This document shows positions 46,157 through 55,971 of a DNA stretch of 64,000 bases, piece after piece. The stretch's first letter is position 1. Every line of letters starts with the position of its first letter. This DNA is from a virus, in UHGV virus genome UHGV-0038498. One strand, 5' to 3'. The translations under genes and the position numbers were made by a program. The notes under the pieces were generated by a model. That model saw nothing but the letters and a program-made list of their open reading frames with translations. It did no database searches and had not been told where the DNA came from.

Positions 46157-46642
46157 ATGGAAGCGATTTTGTTTGAAATGTATATCAGCAGTAATAGTTT
46201 GTCGTTTGCTAAAGACGTTCCAATTACCGTAGCAGTAATGATTGATAAGGGTTATTGTGACCCAATGTATCTCGTAGAAAATTTCGTTTCAATGCCAGTT
46301 CCAGAAGATGCTGAAATAAAACTTAAAAAGATCGGAATTATTGAAACTGTGCCAAATATTCCATTTAGAGCAATTGAAGCATTTACTAAGTCCGAATACA
46401 TTAATGTTAGCGCAGAACAATATAATGATAATCCTTTATCTTTTTATTCGTACGATTCAGTATATGACTGGAAAATAGATAAAGGAAATAAATTTATAAT
46501 TGCAAGTGAAGATGCTTTATCATACTTTATTTCTTCTGTGTGGAATAGTTTGCATCCAAATTTGCTAAAAATTCATGAATTTGACGATGCTCCTACTATT
46601 GTTTTAGGTAAAACAAATGAAAGTTCTGAAGAAGATGCTTGA
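46157..46642 (+). CDS. hypothetical protein (161 aa)
   Basis: In-frame ATG of track ORF 46145. Confidence 0.55.
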   Translation: MEAILFEMYISSNSLSFAKDVPITVAVMIDKGYCDPMYLVENFVSMPVPEDAEIKLKKIGIIETVPNIPFRAIEAFTKSEYINVSAEQYNDNPLSFYSYDSVYDWKIDKGNKFIIASEDALSYFISSVWNSLHPNLLKIHEFDDAPTIVLGKTNESSEEDA

Positions 46643-46820
46643 ATGGTTCAATAGACCAAACTCAATGTATATTGATGATGGTTGGGTTGAACAAGCAAAT
46701 AAAGAAATGCAGAACGAATCGGAAGAATGGATGAAATCAATGATTAGTGCCGAGAAAGAAAAGAAATTAGAACGCTCAGCGCTTAAATTGATGAGAGACA
46801 TCTATGGTGATAAATCATGA
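46617..46820 (+). CDS. hypothetical protein (67 aa)
   Basis: ORF track. Confidence 0.45.
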   Translation: MKVLKKMLEWFNRPNSMYIDDGWVEQANKEMQNESEEWMKSMISAEKEKKLERSALKLMRDIYGDKS

Positions 46821-46981
46821 ACAAGAATATGACGTTAGAAGAGGCTAAAGCTAAAGCAAATGAAGCAATGGATTTGCTTCTTAAAATTGGCAGTAAAATG
46901 ATGGAAGAAAATGAGAAATACATTCAGGACAACAAAATTCCTGACGGTCCATTAGTAGGCAAAAGGAAATCACATGATTGA
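46817..46981 (+). CDS. hypothetical protein (54 aa)
   Basis: Hand-translated; ATGA overlaps on both sides. Confidence 0.4.
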   Translation: MNKNMTLEEAKAKANEAMDLLLKIGSKMMEENEKYIQDNKIPDGPLVGKRKSHD

Positions 46982-47444
46982 AGTAGCAAAACGATATTCA
47001 ATAGAATTTATGTCTAAAGAAGGTAAATCAGTAAATACACTTAATAAAAATTGCTCATTAATTATTCCTTTAGCAGAAAATCCGGATCGTTTAATTAAAG
47101 ATATAAAAGAAAGAAAATATCCAGAAAATGTTATTCTAATTATAAAGCATACTGAAGATATTTTACATAATACAGATTCACCGTTTTCTTCTTCTGAAGC
47201 TTTAACTATTAAAGGCTATAAAAGAGCTAATGAATATGGTCTTTTTGACCTGTTTGAAGACGATAAAGTTAAATTAGCTAGTCAACCTTCTAAAAGTAAA
47301 ACATTCATTATTGAAGATATTAAAGATATAAATGCATTTGTTAAGATGGTCTGGGCTCATTTTGATGTTGGACTACGCTGGAGAATGTCCGAAGAAGAAA
47401 GAAAGATTATTGAAGCTAATCGTCATTTTGGTTTTTATCGCTAG
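46974..47444 (+). CDS. hypothetical protein (156 aa)
   Basis: ORF track. Confidence 0.55.
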   Translation: MIEVAKRYSIEFMSKEGKSVNTLNKNCSLIIPLAENPDRLIKDIKERKYPENVILIIKHTEDILHNTDSPFSSSEALTIKGYKRANEYGLFDLFEDDKVKLASQPSKSKTFIIEDIKDINAFVKMVWAHFDVGLRWRMSEEERKIIEANRHFGFYR

Positions 47445-47452
47445 GAATTAAT

Positions 47453-47635
47453 ATGGATTTATTTGAGATGTTAGAAGATAATCATTCTACGAATATCCAG
47501 AATGATTCTAGTGATTATAAGAAAGAGTACCGTATAGTATTACAGAATTATGGAATTGAAGCCCCAGATGCTCTTCTAGAAGAACTAGCTTCATACCATC
47601 TTGACCCTCCGCCCTGGGCTCCCTGGGCAAAATAA
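47453..47635 (+). CDS. hypothetical protein (60 aa)
   Basis: ORF track. Confidence 0.45.
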   Translation: MDLFEMLEDNHSTNIQNDSSDYKKEYRIVLQNYGIEAPDALLEELASYHLDPPPWAPWAK

Positions 47636-47640
47636 TTCAA

Positions 47641-47680
47641 AAAGTTGTTTACTTTCCTTCCTAACAATGATATGATAGCT
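47641..47680 (+). promoter_or_regulatory. T4-type early promoter (modB)
   Basis: GTTTAC ... TGATATGAT. Confidence 0.5.
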
Positions 47681-47702
47681 TCTGAAGTATACGGAGGCTA
47701 TC

Positions 47703-48326
47703 ATGATTATTAATCTTGCAGATGTTGAACAGTTATCTATAAAAGCTGAAAGTGTCGATTTTCAATATGATATGTATAAAAAGGTCTGTGAAAAATTTAC
47801 TGACTTTGAACAGTCAGTTCTTTGGCAATGTATGGAAGCCAAAAAGAATGAAGCTCTTCATCAGCAGTTGAATAAAATCGTTAAAAAGCATTTAACTAAA
47901 TCACCTTATCAGCTATATCGTGGTATATCAAAATCTACAAAAGAACTCATTAAAGATTTACAAGTCGGAGAAGTGTTTTCAACGAACAGAGTAGATTCAT
48001 TTACTACTAGTTTGCATACAGCATGTGGTTTTTCTTATGTTGAATATTCCACTGAAATAATATTTCGCTTAAAAACTGATAAAGCTTTTAATTACTCTGA
48101 CCATATCAGCGATATTATACTTTCTTCTCCTAATACTGAGTTTAAGTATACATATGAAGATACTGATGGATTAGATTCAGAACGTACTGATAACTTAATG
48201 ATGATTGTACGTGAACAAGAATGGATGATTCCAATTGGAAAGTATAAAATAACTTCTATTTCAAAAGAAAAATTACACGATTCGTTTGGAACATTTAAAG
48301 TGTATGATATTGAGGTAGTTGAATGA
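47703..48326 (+). CDS. modB: ADP-ribosyltransferase ModB
   Basis: 207 aa; R-S-E motifs (LYRGISK, FSTNRVDSFTTS, REQEWMIP); matches T4 ModB length. Confidence 0.75.
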   Translation: MIINLADVEQLSIKAESVDFQYDMYKKVCEKFTDFEQSVLWQCMEAKKNEALHQQLNKIVKKHLTKSPYQLYRGISKSTKELIKDLQVGEVFSTNRVDSFTTSLHTACGFSYVEYSTEIIFRLKTDKAFNYSDHISDIILSSPNTEFKYTYEDTDGLDSERTDNLMMIVREQEWMIPIGKYKITSISKEKLHDSFGTFKVYDIEVVE

Positions 48327-48925
48327 AATATTCAGCAATGCAATTAAAAGATTTTAAAATCAAATCAATGGATGCATCTGTGCGTGCTTCTATTCGTGAA
48401 GAATTACTTTCTGAAGGATTTAATTTATCCGAAATTGAACTTTTAATTCATTGTATTACTAATAAGCCAGACGATCATTCTTGGTTAAATGAAATAATCA
48501 AATCTCGTTTGGTTCCAAACGATAAACCTCTTTGGAGAGGTGTTCCAGTTGAGACTAAACAGGTGTTAAATCAAGGAATTGATATTATTACATTTGATAA
48601 AGTAGTATCAGCTTCATATGATAAAAATATAGCTCTACATTTTGCTTCTGGATTAGAATACAACACACAAGTTATTTTTGAATTCAAAGCTCCTATGGTG
48701 TTTAATTTCCAGGAGTATGCTATAAAAGCTCTACGTTGTAAAGAATATAGTCCAAGTTTTAAGTTTCCAGATAGCCATCGCTATCGTAATATGGAATTAG
48801 TTTCAGATGAACAAGAAGTAATGATACCAGCTGGAAGTGTATTTAGAATTGCGGATAGATATGAGTATAAAAAGTATTCAACATACACTATCTATACTCT
48901 TGACTTTGAAGGATTTAATTTATAA
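48323..48925 (+). CDS. modA: ADP-ribosyltransferase ModA
   Basis: 200 aa; R-S-E motifs (LWRGVP, VVSASYDK, DEQEVMIP); paralogue of ModB. Confidence 0.75.
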   Translation: MKYSAMQLKDFKIKSMDASVRASIREELLSEGFNLSEIELLIHCITNKPDDHSWLNEIIKSRLVPNDKPLWRGVPVETKQVLNQGIDIITFDKVVSASYDKNIALHFASGLEYNTQVIFEFKAPMVFNFQEYAIKALRCKEYSPSFKFPDSHRYRNMELVSDEQEVMIPAGSVFRIADRYEYKKYSTYTIYTLDFEGFNL

Positions 48926-48975
48926 TGGAAGGACTTAGATTCATTATACCATGAAAGTTTTAAAGCATTTTTCAT

Positions 48976-49015
48976 AAAGTTGTTTACAAGCTGAAGTAAA
49001 AATGTTATAGTATAA
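48976..49015 (+). promoter_or_regulatory. T4-type early promoter
   Basis: GTTTACAAG ... TATAGTATAAG. Confidence 0.5.
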
Positions 49016-49041
49016 GTAGTTAACCCGTCCGTGAGAAAAAT

Positions 49042-49788
49042 ATGAAACTGACTAATAATCAAATTCGTAAAATTAAACGTCGTCTAGAGCATACTCAGGC
49101 ATCTGCTAAAAGACGTTCTAAAGATTTTAACTTAGACTTCAATTACATTAAGAACATTTTAGATCAGAAAGTTTGCGCTTACTCTGGAGAACCTTTTGAT
49201 AATCGTATTGAAGGAGAGAAATTATCATTAGAACGTTTTGATAATAACGTTGGATACATTAAAGGGAATGTTATTGCAGTAAAGAAAAAGTATAATACAT
49301 TTCGTTCTGATTATACTTTAGAAGAGTTGATTGAAAAGCGTGATTTATTTGCTTTGCGAATTGGTCGTTCATCTGCGAAAAAAGTTCATAAACTAAATTT
49401 AGATGAAAAGAAATGGGCTAAAATCAAAAAGACTTATAATCAAATTAAAGCTATACAGAAAAAACGTGAAAACCGAATTGAACACATTTCTCAGCTTTCT
49501 AAATTAAAACAAACCTCTGACATTAAGCTAACGATTATAGCACTCAAAGCTCGTATTGATGGTTCTCGTATAGCAGAAGGCGCTGAAGTTGTTAAATTGA
49601 ACGTTCTTCTTAAAGGCTCAGATTGGAAAACTGTGAAAAAGTTATCAGAAGCAGAAATGCAATATGATATGTGTGATAAAATTATTCAAGGTGTAGAGCG
49701 GTATCAAAACTTGTCTTTTATTGATAAACTTAAACTGAAAAGAGGATACCCGCTAAATTGTTCAATTTTTAAACTTATCCGAGGATAA
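49042..49788 (+). CDS. hypothetical basic protein (248 aa), Srd-like position
   Basis: ORF track; early promoter upstream; identity with Srd unverified. Confidence 0.55.
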   Translation: MKLTNNQIRKIKRRLEHTQASAKRRSKDFNLDFNYIKNILDQKVCAYSGEPFDNRIEGEKLSLERFDNNVGYIKGNVIAVKKKYNTFRSDYTLEELIEKRDLFALRIGRSSAKKVHKLNLDEKKWAKIKKTYNQIKAIQKKRENRIEHISQLSKLKQTSDIKLTIIALKARIDGSRIAEGAEVVKLNVLLKGSDWKTVKKLSEAEMQYDMCDKIIQGVERYQNLSFIDKLKLKRGYPLNCSIFKLIRG

Positions 49789-49789
49789 T

Positions 49790-50101
49790 ATGTTTTATGT
49801 ATATGCGATAGTTTATAGAGATAAAGATGGATTTACGGCGCCTGTTCCGCTTGATGAACATCGTCCTGCTGTATTTTTTGAAAGGGAGATTGCTGATAAA
49901 GTATTTACCACTCTTAAAGAGCAGTATCGACTAGCTTTAGGTATGGGACTTCCGAGATTAGTTGAGACTCCACGCAAGTTTTGGTTTAATAAAATAGAAG
50001 TTAAACATGTTAAGCCTGATGTAGATACACAAAGATTATATCGGCGAATTTTAGATACTGGGCGTATTGTTAGTATACCAATTGCAGGGAATTTACGATG
50101 A
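49790..50101 (+). CDS. hypothetical protein (103 aa), dda.1 position
   Basis: ORF track. Confidence 0.55.
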   Translation: MFYVYAIVYRDKDGFTAPVPLDEHRPAVFFEREIADKVFTTLKEQYRLALGMGLPRLVETPRKFWFNKIEVKHVKPDVDTQRLYRRILDTGRIVSIPIAGNLR

Positions 50102-51417
50102 CATTTGATGATTTGACCGAAGGCCAGAAAAATGCCTTTAACATCGTTATGAGGGCTATTAAAGAAAAGAAACATCATGTAACTATTAATGGACCTGCTG
50201 GTACTGGTAAGACTACTCTTACTAAGTTCATCATTGAAGCCTTAATATCTACGGGCGAAACTGGCATTATTTTAGCAGCTCCTACTCATGCAGCTAAAAA
50301 GATTCTTTCAAAACTGTCAGGGAAAGAAGCGAGTACTATTCACAGTATTCTCAAAATTAACCCGGTAACATATGAAGAAAACGTTCTTTTTGAACAAAAG
50401 GAAGTGCCAGATTTAGCTAAATGCAGAGTATTAATCTGCGACGAAGTGTCAATGTATGATAGAAAGCTATTTAAAATTCTGCTTTCAACTATCCCGCCGT
50501 GGTGTACTATAATTGGAATAGGCGATAATAAGCAAATTAGACCTGTTGACCCAGGAGAAAATACTGCTTATATCAGTCCGTTCTTTACACATAAAGATTT
50601 TTATCAGTGTGAACTCACTGAAGTTAAACGCAGTAATGCTCCTATTATTGATGTAGCTACTGATGTTCGCAACGGTAAGTGGATTTATGATAAAGTTGTT
50701 GACGGGCATGGAGTACGTGGATTTACGGGTGATACCGCTTTACGCGATTTTATGGTAAATTATTTTTCAATCGTAAAATCGCTAGATGATTTGTTTGAAA
50801 ATCGCGTAATGGCATTTACGAATAAATCTGTTGATAAGTTAAATAGCATTATTCGCAAAAAGATTTTTGAAACTGATAAAGATTTTATCGTTGGCGAAAT
50901 TATTGTAATGCAGGAACCATTAATTAAAACATATAAAATTGATGGAAAGCCTGTGTCAGAAATTATTTTTAATAACGGACAATTAGTTCGTATTATAGAA
51001 GCAGAGTATACATCAACATTTGTTAAAGCTCGTGGTGTTTCTGGAGAATATCTAATTCGTCATTGGGATTTAACAGTAGAAACTTACGGCGATGATGAAT
51101 ATTATCGTGAAAAGATTAAAATAATTTCATCTGATGAAGAGCTGTATAAGTTTAACTTATTTTTAGGTAAAACGGCAGAAACTTATAAAAATTGGAATAA
51201 AGGTGGAAAAGCTCCGTGGAGTGATTTTTGGGATGCTAAATCACAGTTTAGTAAAGTGAAAGCACTTCCTGCATCAACATTCCACAAAGCTCAGGGCATG
51301 TCTGTAGACCGTGCTTTCATCTATACGCCTTGTATTCATTATGCAGATGCTGAATTGGCTCAGCAGCTTCTTTATGTTGGTGTCACTCGTGGTCGTTATG
51401 ATGTGTTTTATGTGTGA
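50098..51417 (+). CDS. dda: Dda DNA helicase (SF1)
   Basis: 439 aa; Walker A GPAGTGKTT, Walker B LICDEVSM; matches T4 Dda length. Confidence 0.93.
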   Translation: MTFDDLTEGQKNAFNIVMRAIKEKKHHVTINGPAGTGKTTLTKFIIEALISTGETGIILAAPTHAAKKILSKLSGKEASTIHSILKINPVTYEENVLFEQKEVPDLAKCRVLICDEVSMYDRKLFKILLSTIPPWCTIIGIGDNKQIRPVDPGENTAYISPFFTHKDFYQCELTEVKRSNAPIIDVATDVRNGKWIYDKVVDGHGVRGFTGDTALRDFMVNYFSIVKSLDDLFENRVMAFTNKSVDKLNSIIRKKIFETDKDFIVGEIIVMQEPLIKTYKIDGKPVSEIIFNNGQLVRIIEAEYTSTFVKARGVSGEYLIRHWDLTVETYGDDEYYREKIKIISSDEELYKFNLFLGKTAETYKNWNKGGKAPWSDFWDAKSQFSKVKALPASTFHKAQGMSVDRAFIYTPCIHYADAELAQQLLYVGVTRGRYDVFYV

Positions 51418-51423
51418 GGATAT

Positions 51424-51684
51424 ATGATTAACATCAATTCAAAATATTTAAATCGTCTAATAGATGGTATAAAGAAGCATACTGATAAGCAAGATAACCT
51501 CAGTGTTATGGTAACAGGAGCTGAGCTCCTTTATAAGCTTAATCTTATAAGTGATACTATACTAGCAATTAAACGAATTGAAAAACAATCATATCATAGT
51601 AATACAGACACGGTAATTACATTAGATGAAAGTGTCTGTAAGCTGCTGATTAAATTTGAGGAAGCTATTCGTGGAAATAACTAA
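51424..51684 (+). CDS. hypothetical protein (86 aa)
   Basis: ORF track. Confidence 0.5.
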   Translation: MININSKYLNRLIDGIKKHTDKQDNLSVMVTGAELLYKLNLISDTILAIKRIEKQSYHSNTDTVITLDESVCKLLIKFEEAIRGNN

Positions 51685-51916
51685 AGATCAGTTTTATCTG
51701 CTTCAAGATAAAGTGAGTGAAATTTATGAAATAGCTTATAGTAAAAATCGCAAAAACGTGAAAATTGAATCAGGCAAGTTAATGCTTCAATTGGAAGAAA
51801 TTGAACGAGATTTGATTGCGTTAGAATTCTTTTGTGGTGAAGTGAAAACTGTTACAATCAGTGATTATGTTTTAGGTGAAATTAGCCATCTTTATAAGGC
51901 GGTTATTAATGATTGA
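51671..51916 (+). CDS. hypothetical protein (about 81 aa)
   Basis: GTG start inferred; resembles next ORF. Confidence 0.35.
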   Translation: MEITKDQFYLLQDKVSEIYEIAYSKNRKNVKIESGKLMLQLEEIERDLIALEFFCGEVKTVTISDYVLGEISHLYKAVIND

Positions 51917-52151
51917 ATTAAGTTTGCATCAGTTTAAATCTCTTATGGCAAATGTTAAAGCTGTCATTCAAGAAAATCCAGGACCTGATAATGTTACTAT
52001 TCGCGAAAAAGCTTTAAAGATAGTATACAGTCTTGAAGAGATACAAAAAGATATTGAATCTATGGCAAAATTTATTGATGAGCCCATTAATAAAGTTTAT
52101 ATCCAAGATTATACTGTAGGTCAAATTCGCGATTTAGCGAGGAAAATTTAA
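51909..52151 (+). CDS. hypothetical protein (80 aa)
   Basis: In-frame ATG of track ORF 51876. Confidence 0.45.
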   Translation: MIELSLHQFKSLMANVKAVIQENPGPDNVTIREKALKIVYSLEEIQKDIESMAKFIDEPINKVYIQDYTVGQIRDLARKI

Positions 52152-52834
52152 TGTTTGATTTTATTATAGATTTTGAAACAATGGGAAGCGGTGAAAAGGC
52201 AGCTGTTATTGATTTGGCTGTTATTGCCTTTGACCCTAATCCAGAAGTAGTTGAAACATTTGATGAATTAGTTTCACGCGGCATTAAAATCAAGTTTGAT
52301 TTAAAAAGCCAAAAAGGACATCGTCTTTTTACTAAAAGCACTATCGAATGGTGGAAAAATCAATCTCCTGAAGCTCGAAAAAATATTGCACCATCAGATG
52401 AAGATGTAAGCATTATCGATGGTATTGCAAAATTTAATGATTACATCAATGCGCATAATATCGATCCTTGGAAATCTCAGGGCTGGTGCCGTGGAATGTC
52501 ATTTGATTTTCCAATTTTAGTTGATCTCATTCGTGATATTCAACGTCTTAATGGTGTATCTGAGAATGAGCTTGATACGTTTAAGTTAGAACCTTGTAAA
52601 TTCTGGAATCAGCGTGATATTCGTACCAGAATTGAAGCACTTCTGCTTGTTCGTGATATGACTACATGTCCTCTTCCAAAGGGAACTTTAGATGGATTCG
52701 TTGCACATGATTCTATTCATGACTGTGCGAAAGACATCCTGATGATGAAGTATGCTTTGCGATATGCTATGGGTCTTGAAGATGCTCCGTCAGAGGAAGA
52801 GTGCGATCCTCTGTCTCTTCCAACAAAACGATAA
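52151..52834 (+). CDS. dexA: exonuclease A (DEDD 3'-5')
   Basis: 227 aa; N-terminal DFETMG exonuclease motif; matches T4 DexA length. Confidence 0.9.
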   Translation: MFDFIIDFETMGSGEKAAVIDLAVIAFDPNPEVVETFDELVSRGIKIKFDLKSQKGHRLFTKSTIEWWKNQSPEARKNIAPSDEDVSIIDGIAKFNDYINAHNIDPWKSQGWCRGMSFDFPILVDLIRDIQRLNGVSENELDTFKLEPCKFWNQRDIRTRIEALLLVRDMTTCPLPKGTLDGFVAHDSIHDCAKDILMMKYALRYAMGLEDAPSEEECDPLSLPTKR

Positions 52835-52875
52835 AAAGTTGTTTACTTCCTCGGTTAGTTGTGGTATTATAACAC
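52835..52875 (+). promoter_or_regulatory. T4-type early promoter
   Basis: GTTTAC ... TGTGGTATTAT. Confidence 0.55.
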
Positions 52876-52897
52876 CATAGCTACTGAGGATAATAAA

Positions 52898-53398
52898 ATG
52901 AAAATTTATCGTGTTGAATCATCGTTTAGTATTCTTGATTATGAAGATGCTATAACAATACGTCGAAATCTTTGTGTTCAAATAACGCCGTACAGGAGTA
53001 TAATAGATTCATGGAGCGAAGAGTGGCTATTACGTGTAGGTTATAGTAGACCTAATTTTATGCATCATAGCGATGATAATAAAAGAATTCCTGTACCACA
53101 TGAAGATAAACTATTAGTTAAAAACGCTAATATAGTAATTAATACTAAGTTCAATAAAGATTATGTTGGAGTAGAATATCATATTCCAGGATGGTTTATA
53201 GCTCTTTATCATTTTGCTTTCGCTAGCGAATATGATATGATGAGATGGTTCACACGAGAAGAGCGTGAAGAATTATCTTCTAAAGGATTTTATCTTGCTG
53301 TATACGAAGTGCCAGATGACCAAGTTATCATTGGCGGACACCAAGTAATGTTCCGTAAATCCCATGCTGAACTTGTAGATTTTATTGAAATGAGATAA
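52898..53398 (+). CDS. hypothetical protein (166 aa)
   Basis: First ATG after early promoter; GAGGA SD. Confidence 0.55.
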   Translation: MKIYRVESSFSILDYEDAITIRRNLCVQITPYRSIIDSWSEEWLLRVGYSRPNFMHHSDDNKRIPVPHEDKLLVKNANIVINTKFNKDYVGVEYHIPGWFIALYHFAFASEYDMMRWFTREEREELSSKGFYLAVYEVPDDQVIIGGHQVMFRKSHAELVDFIEMR

Positions 53399-53400
53399 TT

Positions 53401-53943
53401 ATGAAATTTAATTATAATTCTGAATACACCCCAAATCCTATAGATAAAATATTTGATATGGATATAGCAAGCATGTACGGCACTCTTGTTAAACCATTAG
53501 AAATTAAGGAAACCTTTATGACTGCTCGGACCATCGAAATTGGCAAAACCTACAAACTGGTTGAAACTGAAATTAAAACTACTGAACTAAGTTTGGGTTA
53601 TAAAGCATTGACCAGTGTTTTGGGTGAAGGTGAGTTTGCGGTTAAAAGTTTTTCAAAAAGTAATTGGCATGATAAGAATAAAGCTTATGTGATTCGAGCA
53701 CAACGCTTAGATAATGATGAAGTAATTAAAACTATAGTCTTTGAAGCAGAGCTTATCCTTTTCCAAGAATGCGATCCTACTGACCTTCTAACTCGTGCTG
53801 TAGCTATCAAAACCCCATTTATTTCGGTCTGTGGCTGGGTAACAGACCAGTGGATTGAAGATGGCGTTGAACTTCTGAACGTTGTTCATGCAGGTGATTT
53901 TAGTGTAGTACCTCGTAGTGCAGTGGTAGCTATTTTGAATTAA
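53401..53943 (+). CDS. MotB-like paralogue (180 aa)
   Basis: C-terminal block W-x-TDQWIEDGVELLNVV shared with next two ORFs. Confidence 0.55.
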   Translation: MKFNYNSEYTPNPIDKIFDMDIASMYGTLVKPLEIKETFMTARTIEIGKTYKLVETEIKTTELSLGYKALTSVLGEGEFAVKSFSKSNWHDKNKAYVIRAQRLDNDEVIKTIVFEAELILFQECDPTDLLTRAVAIKTPFISVCGWVTDQWIEDGVELLNVVHAGDFSVVPRSAVVAILN

Positions 53944-53980
53944 TAGTTTACAAACTCTTGGGACCAGAGTATAATGGTCC
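53940..53980 (+). promoter_or_regulatory. T4-type early promoter with palindrome around -10
   Basis: GTTTAC; GGACCA-gagtataa-TGGTCC perfect 6-bp inverted repeat. Confidence 0.55.
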
Positions 53981-54019
53981 TGTGGAGTATAAAATCTTTT
54001 TAACAAGTGAGAGATAACT

Positions 54020-54508
54020 ATGATTATTAATATTGGTGAATTAGCTCGTGTATCTGATAAATCCCGTTCTAAAGCAGCAGGAAAATTGGTCGAAATTGTA
54101 AGCATTCAGCTTAAACATGGCGTTAAAGATGAAGATTCTGAAGTAAAAGTGCGTATCATTCCTAAAGATGGAAAGTCTAAACCTCAGTTTGGCTATGTTC
54201 GTGCGAAATTTCTTGAGTCTGCGTTTTTGAAAGCTGTTCCTGCTAAAGGAATTGAAACGATTGATACTTCGCATGTAGGTGTAGACTTTAAGTGGAAACT
54301 CGGTCAGGCTATTAAGTTCATTGCTCCTTGTGAATTTAAATTTATCAAAGATGATGGTTTGGCTGTTTATACTCGTGCTATGTGTGCATACATTACCGAC
54401 CAGTGGGTAGAAGACGGTGTTAAGCTGTATAATGTGGTATTTTTAGGAACATACAAAGTCATTCCTGAAAGCTGGATTAAACACTATAGCAAAGCTCTCT
54501 ATGCATAA
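54020..54508 (+). CDS. MotB-like protein (162 aa)
   Basis: KOW-like N-terminus, C-terminal DQWVEDGVKLYNVV block; T4 MotB is also 162 aa, identity unverified. Confidence 0.55.
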   Translation: MIINIGELARVSDKSRSKAAGKLVEIVSIQLKHGVKDEDSEVKVRIIPKDGKSKPQFGYVRAKFLESAFLKAVPAKGIETIDTSHVGVDFKWKLGQAIKFIAPCEFKFIKDDGLAVYTRAMCAYITDQWVEDGVKLYNVVFLGTYKVIPESWIKHYSKALYA

Positions 54509-54524
54509 AGTTTAAGGAATTATT

Positions 54525-54944
54525 ATGAATATTGTAAATCTATCTACTGGTGATTACGTATATGTATCCGTTGCTTCTCGTTCTAAAGTTGCAGGAAAGC
54601 TGGTTGAAGTTCTTTCTGTAAGTGATCCAGTTTTTGGTCGTAACGAGGTTAAAGTTCGTGACGCTGATGGTAACATTGGTTATGTCTCAAGCCAATTCAT
54701 TGAGCCAGAAGAAAGCGCGTTTAAATGGAAACTTTGTTCTTCAGTTTTAGTTGTAAAAGACCATAAATTCACAATTGCGGCAGCAACAGATGGAACTCCA
54801 TGGACAACGAATCAAGTCGCTGGTTTTATTTCGGACCGTTGGGTAGAAGATGGCGTCAAGCTCTACAATATTGTTTTTGCAGGCCAGTTCATGGTAGTTC
54901 CTGAATTCCAAATTAAAAAATGGTGCGAAGCAGCTTTAGCATAA
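54525..54944 (+). CDS. MotB-like paralogue (139 aa)
   Basis: N-terminus and C-terminal DRWVEDGVKLYNIV block parallel preceding ORF. Confidence 0.55.
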   Translation: MNIVNLSTGDYVYVSVASRSKVAGKLVEVLSVSDPVFGRNEVKVRDADGNIGYVSSQFIEPEESAFKWKLCSSVLVVKDHKFTIAAATDGTPWTTNQVAGFISDRWVEDGVKLYNIVFAGQFMVVPEFQIKKWCEAALA

Positions 54945-54974
54945 ATTTGCATAAAGCTTAAAATTTTTTCATAA

Positions 54975-55035
54975 AACTATATACATCAGTAGTTGATTAT
55001 GGTACTATATCAATATCAACTACTGATACAGAAAA
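54975..55035 (+). promoter_or_regulatory. promoter/stem-loop cassette
   Basis: 11-bp perfect inverted repeat CAGTAGTTGAT...ATCAACTACTG enclosing TGGTACTAT; 3' end TTGGAGAATAAAATG shared with other cassettes. Confidence 0.5.
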
Positions 55036-55051
55036 CAACTTGGAGAATAAA

Positions 55052-55321
55052 ATGGAAAACTTAATTATCATCGAACAATCTTTCAACGATTATGGTATGG
55101 CTTATGGTTATCGTGCGATAATGGAAGATTCTCGTGGATGTGTTATCGATATTGCAGAATGTAAAGATTTACTGCAGCTTTTGAAGATTGTTCGCAAAAA
55201 TTGGGATTGTGAAAACATTAAAGCTCGTGTTGTAACGGAAGAAGAAACTGTTTTTCATGATGTAAAATTCGCCAAAGGTGCTGCTACTCTTCTGAAACGC
55301 ATCGCTCCACTGTTCAATTAA
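55052..55321 (+). CDS. hypothetical protein (90 aa)
   Basis: First ATG after stem-loop promoter cassette. Confidence 0.5.
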   Translation: MENLIIIEQSFNDYGMAYGYRAIMEDSRGCVIDIAECKDLLQLLKIVRKNWDCENIKARVVTEEETVFHDVKFAKGAATLLKRIAPLFN

Positions 55322-55334
55322 TGAGGAAATTGTA

Positions 55335-55550
55335 ATGAAACGTAAAACTGTTCAGAAATGCACTAATGACGAATTTGAAGATGTATTATTCGATCCAGAT
55401 TTGGTAGTAGTTCAAAAGGAACACACTGCTAAGTTTACTCACTTGACTTCGGTTTATGTGTATGAAAAGGTTGGTGATAAACAACCAATTTACGGTGTAT
55501 TTCGTGAAATTACTGAAGACGGTACAACTTACTGGAAGGAAATTTATTAA
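55335..55550 (+). CDS. hypothetical protein (71 aa), cef-like position
   Basis: ORF track; GAGGAAA SD. Confidence 0.5.
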   Translation: MKRKTVQKCTNDEFEDVLFDPDLVVVQKEHTAKFTHLTSVYVYEKVGDKQPIYGVFREITEDGTTYWKEIY

Positions 55551-55969
55551 TGGCTATTAGATTTGAAGTTAATAAATGGTATCAATTTAAAAATAAACAA
55601 GCTCAAGAAGCTTTTATTAAAGACCATACTGATAACGGAATCTATGCGCGCCGTTTAGGTATGCATCCTTTTAAAATTTTAGATGCTGACCATCTTGGTC
55701 GTCCTACTAAAATTATGTCATTTACTGGCACAATTGGATATGCAAAACATGGTGATATCCTTGATGAAAACTTTATCTGGCTTTCTACTAACGAAGCTGA
55801 GTTCTTTGATGAAGTTGAAAATCCATATCAGGCAGCTGAAGAGCAAGAGCAGGAAGAGCAAGAACAAATAGAAGATTTCACAGCATTTCCTGTCATGAAA
55901 GTTACTATTGAAAATAATGAACAGGCATGGTCCTTGTATCAGATGTTGAAAGCACACTTTAAGGAATAA
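55550..55969 (+). CDS. hypothetical protein (139 aa), goF-like position
   Basis: ORF track; acidic [10 protein letters not shown] stretch. Confidence 0.5.
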   Translation: MAIRFEVNKWYQFKNKQAQEAFIKDHTDNGIYARRLGMHPFKILDADHLGRPTKIMSFTGTIGYAKHGDILDENFIWLSTNEAEFFDEVENPYQAAEEQEQEEQEQIEDFTAFPVMKVTIENNEQAWSLYQMLKAHFKE

Positions 55970-55971
55970 TT

